From the IMG/VR virus record IMGVR_UViG_3300011862_000003: 20,000 nt of DNA; one strand, 5' to 3'. Below the pieces are notes generated by a model. It saw only the letters and a program-made list of their open reading frames with translations, ran no database searches and was not told where the DNA came from. The position numbers and the translations under genes were made by a program. Numbering within the stretch: the first letter of the stretch is position 1; every line of letters starts with the position of its first letter. Positions 8,065 to 17,958 of the stretch are shown one piece after another. Origin of the DNA: an uncultured virus (IMG/VR IMGVR_UViG_3300011862_000003). Its lineage: Duplodnaviria; Heunggongvirae; Uroviricota; Caudoviricetes.

Positions 8065-11000
8065 ATGTCTGACAATGTATTAACTAAGGAAGAGTTTATT
8101 ATCAATGATATCGAGATGGGCATTGCCCCATCCGATATCCAATTATTTGATGATAATTATATTTTCGAACAATCTTTTTTACGTTCTAATTCAGTTTATT
8201 GCTATAGATCTAAATACTCAGATACTAAAGTAATTCTGAATTTTCCTTTTCAAATCGGACCTTTTCAGGATAATGACGACCACAATCACACTGAAAATTG
8301 TCTAAAATTAATAACTGAATTAAATAATTATCCATTCTGCTTTATCAAAAGCAATAGAATAAAAACATACGTCTCACCAATGATGATCTCTAGTACTGGT
8401 TACTTAATGTTTGCAGTAGAAGAGTTAGCTCTTGTCCAGTCTGCAACTGCTTCGAATATAATGTTCTTAGAAGTTACCCTTCGCTATTTTAACCATGTTC
8501 CTTTAACTTCTGACTTTGAATTTGTAGATAATAATACAGTTATTAAATCTGGTACCAAAGCTTTAAGTAATAAAGACTATTTAACCTATGAAAGAGAGAT
8601 GCTTCAAAGAGTTAGTCCTATTAAAGTTTCTAGTTTAAAAGCTTCATCTGTATGGTCAGATTATATGAATCCTAAGATTAATAGATTATACGACAAACTA
8701 GCTGAAACTAAGATCTTAAGCGCAACAAGTTCAAGTACTAGTGAGTTAAATCCTGGGTTAGATGTTAATCTCTATCTTCCGATGATATTAACTAATGCAG
8801 CCAGAGCTAAACAATTAGTTCAGGAGGATGATGGATCATTTATTGGACCTGATTCCAAATCTGTTATTGTTACTGATATAGATAATATCGATGGCATGTC
8901 ATTACCTAATCTATTAACAGAAATGTTCAATCAAGATTTTAGAGACGACGAAGAGAAAAAAGCTTCTAAGGAAAAAGCAGAGAACATAGTTAAGGTTATT
9001 GATAATCCTTATTATTCTCCTGAAGAAGTTGAAAAGAGAATTAAAAAAGGAGTGATGGAAGATAATACAGGGAAGCTAGATAAAGAGTATGAACCTAACT
9101 CTATTAAAACAGGTTCTAAAGAAGTATTTATTAATTATTCTAGTGTATCTTTGAGTCAATTAGGATTTGCTATTCAAAAGATAGAAGTAAGAAAAAGAAA
9201 TATGTTAGCTTCACATAAAATAGGTTCTTATAAACACCCTGTTATTCAGTATATGGGTAAAGTTCCATCTAAAGTAGTTATTCAATTCTCTAATCCTAAT
9301 GATGGTATATATGAAGTAGATGATGTAGGTATCGGAGCATTTCTAACGAATGCTTTTCAAATCATAGATGAAAATAGATTATTTTATCCTGAAGCTGATG
9401 TATATAATCATGTAAAAATTCAATCATTAGCAACTATTCTTTTAGGTACTGAGTCAGTATTACCTAATCAAAACATGCTTTCAGCTAGTGCAGATCAATC
9501 TGGAATTGAAAATGTTATTTATTCATTTACAGAAACTAATTCAGAAGAGTTTATTAAACAATTCCAAATGGAAGCTTCTGGTGCAAGATCTATGACTAAA
9601 GCATATGAAGATATTTTTGGTATTGTTATTAGTTGGTTAGAGAATTTTAAAGATTCTATGTCAACTGGTAAATTAAGCTCATTATCTAAAGATCCAAATC
9701 AAGTAGAAAATTCATTAAAGATCTTGTCCGTCATAACTGAGACAGTATCTAAAGCCCTATCTGAATTAGGGTATAAAGAATCGCTTGATGATGTAGCAAT
9801 ACAGTATGCATTAAAACTAATAAGTGAAGGTCAATTAGCACTATCTAATGAAAATACTAATTTAAAATTACATAAAGTAACAGAAAATCCTTTAGGTTCA
9901 GGATTAACTTTATATATGTCTGGTGAATCCTATACAGCAACATTAACTGAAAAAGAGAAAAAAGAAGAAGTTATTACAGGAAATAAAGCTACAGGTTTTA
10001 ATGGGTTTGTACAAACAATGCTCCAAATAAACTCTGATGACATAGCAGAAGCATATTTACCAGGTATTACAGAAGCAGGTAAAAAAGTAGCTAAAACAGA
10101 AAAACTTAAACAATCTGGTGAATTAGTACAGAAAAAGGTTTTACCTGGAATCTATGCTTCTTGGTTAAGTGCTTATAGTTTAGCGATACTTCAATCAAGA
10201 AGAGCAGCTAAAGAAGGTAGAACAACAGCCCTTAAAAACGTTATCTTCAAGCCAAGTAATATGTTTGATACTTATTTAATGAATGCTGCGGCACTTATTA
10301 ATGCATCTGTAGATTCTGATCCAGCATCTGCAAAATTATCTGCAGGTCAAAAAGATTTCTTGAAAAATTTAAGTGATATTTATATTGGAAGCTTATATGG
10401 ACAAAATATTGAAGACTTACATTTAGAAGATCTTTCTCCTGATTATTCAAGAGAGAAAGATGTACTTATTCAAAGTACTGATCCATTTTTCTTTATTTAT
10501 ACTCCTGATACTTTAGGTACAGAGATGATTGATTTCTATAACGCTAGTTATGGAGAAGAAAAATTAAATCCTACAATTAATGCAATAGAAGATGGTAAAA
10601 ATGAACCAGCTATTACTGGAGCAGATGCTCTTTTAAATGTAGAGTATAGAAAAATATCAGAAGTAGACTTTAATGCTGAAACTTTCCCATACTATAATAC
10701 AGATGGAGAAGAGTATGCTTCTGGTTATGGATTCCAAGTGACTATGAATGAGGATGCTAAAAGAGCTATTGAAAGTGCTTTAGCTAAATATGGATTATCA
10801 GGTGATCAAGAATTCCGTAGATATATGTATAAAGTAGCTCAAGTTGAAAGTGCTATGGGAACTAATCTTAAAAGTGGTACAGGAGCAGCAGGTCTATTCC
10901 AATTCACTGAAGTAGCAATACAACAGATTATGATGATCAATAATAAAGTATTTGCTGGGAGAGGTTTAGTTAACTTATCTAAAGAAGCTGCAATAGGTCC

Positions 11001-14000
11001 AGCTCGTGATTTAAAACGTCAAGCTAATTTTAGTAAGGACTTCCAATTAAGTGCTGATATGTTTATTGAATTATTTAAATACCATGGTGGTAAAAAGATT
11101 AATCCAAAAACAGGTAAATTTGATGAAGCCTATACTTTTGCATACCATAATATCGGTATGGGAGGAGGAGATGAGATAGGTGCATACCTAAGTAATGGTA
11201 AGGCAAACCCTACTTCACAATCAGCTAAGAATGCTATGACAGGTAATCGTGCTTCTCACAGTAATACCAATGCTTCGTGGTATAGCATCTTTAGTCAAAA
11301 ATTTGCGAATATTAATCCAGACCTTATCATGAAAACAAGTAGTGCAGAAGGTATTCCATTAAAGTCTGCAAGTAATCAAGCAGTTTTAAGCTCTACAGGT
11401 ACTAAAGCCAATGCACAAAATTTAGTTAATACTGCAATGTCTAGAGTGGCATCAGGTAATAAAACTGATAATATTTTAATGCTACAGAAAAATACTGTAC
11501 AACAAAATAAACAAGTACAAAGTACACCTAAGGCTATACAACAAGTTGGTACTAAATTAAACGGTACCGTTAAAAATGTTGTAGATGGAGATACATTTGA
11601 TTTTGCATACGTAGCTAACGGTAAAACTATAGTACAACGTATTCGTTTACAAGGAGTAGAGACAGAAGAGACATCTCAGAATGCAAAATATAATGAAAAG
11701 ACAAGAGATTGGGGAGAAGTAGCTAAAGTAGAATTAGGTAATATGCTGAGGCCGGGATCTAAAGTTTCTGTCAGTATAACTAATAATGATCAGAAAGAGT
11801 ATCAAGAAGGAGATAGTACTGGAAGGCTTGTAGGTGTTGTAACTACTGCAGATGGAAAAGATCCTGGGTTAGAATTATTTAAACAAGGTCTTGCAAGACC
11901 TTTTGAAGGGTTAGCAGTATCAAGAGAATATAATGAGGCTCTTAAAGCTGCACAAAATGCTGGTAAAGGTCAATGGAGTAAGCAAACCGTTGAAGAATAT
12001 AACTCAGCACAAGCAAAAAAAGCTACAAGTTCCAAGAAATATAAAGCTGCAACTGCTACAGCAAATGAGTCTGAAATCTCTTCAACAGCTAAATATAATT
12101 TTTACCAACCATTTCAAAATGGTGCGAGATTTAAAACATCATCTGATTTTACTTATGGAAAACCACGTCAAGATATCAAAAGAAATTCACCTCATAATGG
12201 TATTGATATAGCATGTCCAGTTGGGACTACAGTAGTTGCTGCTGCTGCAGGTATAGCTCAAAAGTCTTTTCAACAAGGTGGTGCAGGGTTGTATGTAAAA
12301 ATAGATCATGGTAATGGTTTTACAACTACGTACATGCATTTAAGTTCAGCTAGTGTAAGTTCAGGACAGAGAGTTGCAACTGGTCAACCTATTGGTTTAT
12401 CTGGTGGTGCTAAAGGTAATGTAAATTCAGGTTCATCTACGGGTCCTCATTTACATTATGAAGTTCGTTATAAAGGAAGACCTATACATCCATATTCAAC
12501 TAAAAAACCTATTAGTGAATATACTTCTGGTGAAATTTATGAGGGAGATGGTAATTTAGGTGTAGCTCAGGAATCTAAAGGGCCTTATATGAGTTTGTCA
12601 TATGATCCTAGACCAAACATTAATGAAGAAAATACAGTATATAATGAAAATGCTTTAGCTACTGCAATCTTAGAGGGAGCTAGAGAAGATATTAATTTAG
12701 GATTAAAGCAAGCTATCCCAGCTATCAAAGCTTACATTATGATAGGTAATGAAAATGATGGACTAGGTCTTGATACTTTAACCACTGGCTCTCAATATTA
12801 CGAATTAAAAGGTATTCAAGCCTTTAAACTATTTTGTAATAACGATAATACACCAGTAGATACTGCTATTATGACAGTGATTGATCCATCATTTGGTAAT
12901 ACTGATGCTTGGACTAGTTTAATGAAAGCTCCTGAAATTAACTTTGATTCTATTGGGTCGGATTTTGAAACACAGTTTAAATTTAATAGAGCATTATTAA
13001 GACCAGGTACCAAATTAAGTATTCGTCTTGGATATGGTAATGATCCTAATTTTCTAACTACTGTTTTTAATGGAGGTATTACTGAAATTAATACAGGAGA
13101 AAATAGTACATTAACATTATTACTTGAAGGGTATGGACGCGAACTTTTAGCTGAGATTAAAAATCCTTCAGCTCCTGAAAAATTAGATGATACTAATCAT
13201 GCACCTACTACTACAGTTATTGGTCTCGGATTACAATCTAAACCAATCGATCACTTTGGTTATATGAACTCTCATTTGAAATGGTTATATAAAGGTGAAA
13301 ATGATCCAGAAGCACGATCAATGGTTAAACCCATAGATACAGGTCATTCCTGGTTCTTTACAACTTCAGCTGCTATTCATAGATCTCGTTTATATATGAA
13401 TATCTTTGCTCCTGAAATTGAGAAAGTAGATGATTCCTTTGCTAAATATTGGAGTGGTTTCTTTGGAACGATAGGTATGTCTAACCATCAGTTTGGTTAC
13501 CCTTTTTATGTTTACCAAATGAGTCCGTGGGATATATGTAAACAAATGGAATATAGACATCCTGGTACTATTTTTAAACCAATGATGTTTGAAGATCGTA
13601 TGACACCTTTCTATGGAATTAAAGAACAAATGTATATTGCAAGAGACCTTTCAAGNNNNNNNNNNCAAGATTCACCCAGATTGCAGTAGCTACTAGACTT
13701 AAGAGTGGCCTCAAAGATGCAACTACTGAGGATTACTTTAAACGTCGTAGAGAAAGGATGGCCCCAGTTAGTAATATCCATATGGTAACATCAAGCACTA
13801 ATTTGATATCTAATCAAATTAAACTTAATTCCCAATGGAAAACTTGTACTAATGTTTCATACTTTACAGACAATAGTGATTTTAATGAATACTGGAAATG
13901 GAAATCTACTAGGATGGAGGTTGATGATAATATACTACCTTGGGAGATACGTGAGAAAGAATTAAGGATGACAGGTATTCATGGTAAATACGCATCTTTT

Positions 14001-15299
14001 GTATATGGTACGACAGATCTTAAGAAAGAAGCTGAGTCTATGTATGATGGGAAAATACTTATCACAGGTAATGCTAAGATAAAATGTGGAGACTTTATTT
14101 TTATAGATGATGTCGATACCAGAATTAGTGGTTTAGCTCTGGTTCGTGAATGTATTCATCATTTTGATCCTGTACACGGTTTCGTTACAGAAATTACTCC
14201 AGGACTTTACGTAGAGCCTGCTCAATTTATGTATACATCATTATGGTTACAATTAATGTGTGCTATGAAAGTTGGTAGTTCTAAAACAAGATTGGTATTA
14301 TCTACAACATTTGCATCAGAATATGAATACGTAAAACAGTATTTAAAAGTAATGCAACAATTAAAAGCTTCTGAAGATAAAGCTAGTTATACTATGCCTA
14401 CAGAAGTAATTGCAGCTTATTCAGCTGCTGTTGGATTAGGTGCTTGGTTGGGATATTCTTTAGCTAAGAACTTAGGAGTAAAAAATCCAAGGGTTGGTGC
14501 AAACTTAGGTAAATTCGCTTATACTACAGTCTCAGCATTATTTAAAGATGCTGAGTTTAAGATGGCCCTTAAACGAGTAGCTAAAATTAAACGTAGTGAG
14601 TGGTATACTGCAGGATCATCTAAAGCTAAAAATTGGAAAGGTAGTGTAACTAGTAAAGTACTCGCATCTGATACATATAAGAAATTAGCTAGAAGTAAAA
14701 TAGCTAAAACTGGTAAAGTATTTATTAAAAATAATCCATTAGTTAGGGTTCCTGCTTGGGTTGTAAAAAGAGCAACTGCAACTGCTGTTAAATCTACTGT
14801 TAGAGGCGGTTTAGCTTTAATGCACGGCCTAGCATCAACCAACCCTTTAGGTCTGGTATTAGATATTGCTTTAACACTTGCTATTTCTTGGGTATTTGCT
14901 AAAGTAGAAGAAACACAGTACACAAGACAGCCTCTCTTATTCTTCCCTCTAATCAAGCACGGTAAGCCGTATCAAGCTGGTATGACAGGAGCAATTCGTA
15001 ACTCTTATTGGGATTCTGTAGGGCTTAATTGGGAGCGTAATACTAATGAGGTATCAAAAGCTGCTGCAATATTAGAAGGAAGTTCAGCTGCAGAGAATAA
15101 GAAGTCTCCATTTATTGTAAGTCTTTTAGCTCAACCAGCTAAAAGAAAACAAGCGGAAAAAGATAGTAATCAATATGTCATGACTAAATCTGGAGAGAAC
15201 TACACTTACTATCAACGTAAGAGTGAAGCTGAAAAACAAACAGAGAAACAATTAACAGAAAAGAAACAAACAGAAAAACTTAAGGAGGCTACTAAATAA
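8065..15299 (+). CDS. Giant multidomain baseplate hub / tail-associated lysin (gpU-like, SLT, SNase, M23 and gp27/gpD-like hub domains), about 2406 aa if the gap is collapsed
   Basis: ORFs 8065..13689 and 13758..15299 are separated only by a 10-N gap (13656-13665) flanked by a duplicated CAAG. Collapsing it gives the in-frame read ...RDLSRFTQIAVATRLKSGLKDATTEDYFKRRRERMAPVS..., with no stop before 13758. The N-terminal hub motif (RPGTKLSIRLGYG...VFNGGITEI...LEGYG) and the C-terminal hub motif (GKILITGNAKIKCGDFIFIDD...VRECIHHFD...GFVTEITP) lie on opposite sides of the gap. Confidence 0.85.
10750..11300 (+). other. Lytic transglycosylase (SLT/GH23, lysozyme-like) domain within the hub protein
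   Basis: AQVES (catalytic Glu928 at 10846), GAAGLFQF (GLFQ motif at 10891) and AYHNIG (AYN-G-like motif at 11140). Boundaries are approximate. Confidence 0.8.
11560..11985 (+). other. Staphylococcal nuclease (SNase/thermonuclease) domain within the hub protein
   Basis: GTVKNVVDGDTF (11584), RIRLQGVETEET, WGEVAK, DSTGRLVG, LFKQGLA and ALKAAQNAGKGQW reproduce the SNase signature throughout. Confidence 0.9.
12100..12495 (+). other. M23 zinc metallopeptidase domain within the hub protein
   Basis: HNGID (HxxxD, 12193-12207), IDHGNGFTTTYMHLS and STGPHLHYEVR (HxH, 12448-12456). Confidence 0.95.
13656..13665. other. Assembly gap (10 N) causing an artefactual frameshift in the hub gene
   Basis: N run flanked by CAAG on both sides. 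Confidence 0.9.
15281..15288 (+). promoter_or_regulatory. Strong Shine-Dalgarno for the 15299 ORF, with TAATG stop/start overlap
   Basis: TAAGGAGG upstream of ATG 15299, which overlaps the TAA of the hub gene. Confidence 0.8.
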
Positions 15300-16021
15300 T
15301 GCCAAATCCATTTTATACTAATGGTGGTGTTCCAAGTTCAAATGAAATTATCGGTAATTATGTTGCCGATAATTTCAAATCTTTGGTTAACACAGACTAT
15401 AAAATACAATTAAAAGGTATTGTAAAAAGTGTACTACTTAGAGATGATACTGTATTTGCTGTAATAGAGAGGGATGAAGATGGACTAGATAATCATAGTC
15501 ACGGAGGGTTATTTAATACATTCTCTTATGAACATCAGGATAATATGACATTTCCTGAAATATTTATCCCTACAGATATAGTGCCGATATCTAATGATAT
15601 CTCAAGATACATTGGTAAACCTGCATTAGTAACAGTTCAAGACGGTATTGCTATTTTTGCCTCTGTTTTGCAAATCCCACAACTTTTAACTACAATTAAG
15701 CCAAGCACTATTAGAGCTGTTAGAGAAAAGTTACAAGAGAAAGCTGGTGATGATATCTTTAGCGAAACAGCTCAAAAAATTTGGACTAGTTTTGGTGTAT
15801 TACCTGAAGCTGTTCAATCATTAAAAAACATGATATTTAAATCAGAAGATCATAGTGATAAAGTAATTACAATTGAAGACGAAGGATCATGGAATAAAGA
15901 TACAAGTCAAGTTCAAGATAATGAAGTAGTTGTGCCCTCAGATGGTTTTTCAGGTTTAAATAAACAAGGGATGAAGTCGAATAAATGTCACCATCCTACA
16001 AGAATTTTTTCAGCGAAGTAA
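15299..16021 (+). CDS. Putative baseplate spike-associated protein (possible gp5/gpV-like OB-fold), 240 aa
   Basis: Lies immediately after the hub. The pattern LKGIVKSV...VFAVI...EIFIP...IGKPALVTVQDG resembles spike N-terminal OB-folds. It has a strong RBS. The CDS is likely real; the function is tentative. Confidence 0.5.
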   Translation: MPNPFYTNGGVPSSNEIIGNYVADNFKSLVNTDYKIQLKGIVKSVLLRDDTVFAVIERDEDGLDNHSHGGLFNTFSYEHQDNMTFPEIFIPTDIVPISNDISRYIGKPALVTVQDGIAIFASVLQIPQLLTTIKPSTIRAVREKLQEKAGDDIFSETAQKIWTSFGVLPEAVQSLKNMIFKSEDHSDKVITIEDEGSWNKDTSQVQDNEVVVPSDGFSGLNKQGMKSNKCHHPTRIFSAK

Positions 16022-16024
16022 CTT

Positions 16025-16333
16025 ATGATTATTAAAAATACACCAGGCTCTTCTTCTTTTGTTCAAGTATTAGAAGGAGAGGCTCAATTAGCTGCAGGAC
16101 CAATCTCTGTTACTGCAACAAATGATGCAGGGGTCTTTATTAACGGACCCCTTTCAATTTCTTCTTCAATTCATAATATTAAAGTAGGAGGTATTTTCCG
16201 TTTTAATAGTATGCTCTCTACAGGGACATCATCAACAATGACTACTCCCCTACCTGTACTTAAATTAGACTTACCTATCTCCAATTCATTACTTATGTTA
16301 AAAACAGCTGCACTAGCTAGTGCATTAGTATAA
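16025..16333 (+). CDS. Small beta-rich baseplate protein (possible spike/tip component), 102 aa
   Basis: Starts 3 nt after the previous stop. It has an alternating beta-strand pattern (ISVTATNDAGVFINGPLSISSS) and sits between the putative spike gene and the gp25-like gene. Confidence 0.45.
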   Translation: MIIKNTPGSSSFVQVLEGEAQLAAGPISVTATNDAGVFINGPLSISSSIHNIKVGGIFRFNSMLSTGTSSTMTTPLPVLKLDLPISNSLLMLKTAALASALV

Positions 16334-16337
16334 GGAG
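16332..16337 (+). promoter_or_regulatory. Shine-Dalgarno for the gp25-like gene
   Basis: AAGGAG 5 nt upstream of ATG 16343. Confidence 0.75.
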
Positions 16338-16342
16338 CTATT

Positions 16343-16747
16343 ATGTTATTAGATAATATGCGAGATTTACACATTGATTCTACTTTTGGAGATTTTACTA
16401 TTCAAGGGGATATACAGACTATAAGTGATACAGAGGTACTAACAAATTTAATTCAGGAGAGAGTTAAAACAAACTTTGGAGAGTTTAGACTTAATATCGA
16501 GCATGGTGCAGATATTGACAGATTTATTGGTGTAGCTATATCTAAGGATTTAATTGAAGATATTAAAGTATCTATTATAAGTTCATTAACATATGATGGA
16601 TTTATACCAACGCAAGATATTGATGTCATTCCTCTACAGATTGGATTAAATAGGGTTTATATTAGAGTTATAGTTAAAAACCCATATAACGGAAAAGAAA
16701 TAGTAGTAGGAACATTATACAACAACGAGGTAATTAATAATGATTAA
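16343..16747 (+). CDS. Baseplate wedge / sheath-initiator protein, T4 gp25 / P2 gpW-like
   Basis: 134 aa. IQERVKTNFGEFRLNIEHGADIDRFIG matches the gp25 pattern I..Rl.T..GE......G......IG, and the gene precedes a J-like gene. Confidence 0.8.
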   Translation: MLLDNMRDLHIDSTFGDFTIQGDIQTISDTEVLTNLIQERVKTNFGEFRLNIEHGADIDRFIGVAISKDLIEDIKVSIISSLTYDGFIPTQDIDVIPLQIGLNRVYIRVIVKNPYNGKEIVVGTLYNNEVINND

Positions 16748-17958
16748 TAAAGAGTTAGAATTAACAATTAATCAGCAGAATATATTAAATAACTTATCTG
16801 CTAATTTAGGGATATCTACAATAACAGATAATACCTCTATTAAAAAAATTGCAGATTCATTTGAAGCTGAATTAAGAAATTATAGTGATGCTACAGAAAA
16901 TGCAATTAGAAATGGATTCTTAAGTACAATGGATTCAGATTTATTTGAGGAGTTTGCATCTAGTCATGGAATCTATCGTAAAAAATATGGAAACATTCGT
17001 TTAAGACCTATTGAACGAGTAGTAGAGATTAGTGTAGATGAATCTACTTTATTTAGTAATAACTTAGTAAACTTCACACCATTTAGGAAAGGAGACGTTA
17101 TCTATAGTGATTCATCTTTTATTGTAAAAACTCTAAGTGATGTTACTTTTAAAAATACAACATCAACAGTATTCCCTCATATTGAGATTAGTCTTAGAGA
17201 TNNNNNNNNNNNNNNNNNNNNNNNNNNNNNNNNNNNNNNACACTTTTACAATCCCGGCTGATATTTATTATTTAATTCGACCTGTACAAGATGAGTTACA
17301 AGTCCATATTCCACAATTTAAACTTAAATTTCATAATAATGTTGGACTAGCAATGGCTGAAGAAGATCCTACAGATTTTAGATTAAGAGTTTATGAATCA
17401 ACTTACCTTGCTAATAACATGGCTAACTCTTTAATTGCAGCCATAACTAAAGATGTACCGTTTTTATATCATATTGAAACGAATAATATAGAAGAAGGTA
17501 GGGCAGTAGATATCTTATACCCTTATACTCAAGAGTTAATCGAGACAGGTATAGATCCGCTAGTTGGTACAGTTCTAGTACCTATGGTAGAAACTTCATT
17601 ATTATCTAAAACTCTATACAGTAATATGGTACGAGTTAAAGAGCCTAAGTGTTTACCTATTATTGCTAAATTCTCTTATAAGAATGAAGTAATACCTACA
17701 CAGTCTATGCTTAATAATATCTGTGCTGATTTTAACTCATCTAATTTCTCCAAGAAATCTATAACTGCTCGTAATATTAAAGATCAATTGATTGCTGCCC
17801 TATATAGATATGATTTGGAGTATAAAGATATTGAGTTAATATTTATTAGTCCCGATATCAGTGAAGAGACTTACACACTAGATGATACTGAAACTATCGA
17901 TTTACCTGTTGGTAAATTTTTAACATTAATTAGTATAGAAGGAAAAGCGAATGAATAA
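16740..17958 (+). CDS. Baseplate J-like (T4 gp6 / P2 gpJ) wedge protein, about 405 aa, interrupted by an assembly gap
   Basis: The N-half has LFEEFASSHGIYRK (LD.....Gi.R-like) and the C-half has EEDPTDFRLRV (E.D.e.R.R-like). The two track ORFs (16740..17261 and 17137..17958) switch frame exactly at the 38-N gap; a true gap of 37 or 40 nt restores one frame. Confidence 0.75.
17202..17239. other. Assembly gap (38 N)
   Basis: N run inside the J-like gene. Confidence 0.95.

Noticed and set aside
13656..13757. Programmed frameshift, pseudogene or separate gene at the 13689/13758 junction
   Set aside because: The frame change coincides with an N gap, collapsing the duplicated CAAG gives an uninterrupted frame, and the hub motifs span both parts.
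17137..17261. Two overlapping genes or a frameshifted baseplate J pseudogene
   Set aside because: The frame switch occurs exactly at the 38-N gap, whose length is only an estimate.
8065..17958. Bacterial T6SS, eCIS or tailocin locus instead of a phage
   Set aside because: No Tss/Afp accessory genes (membrane complex, ClpV or AAA ATPase) are visible, and giant virion-type proteins plus a phage-type RNAP favour a large phage. It cannot be fully excluded without flanking sequence.
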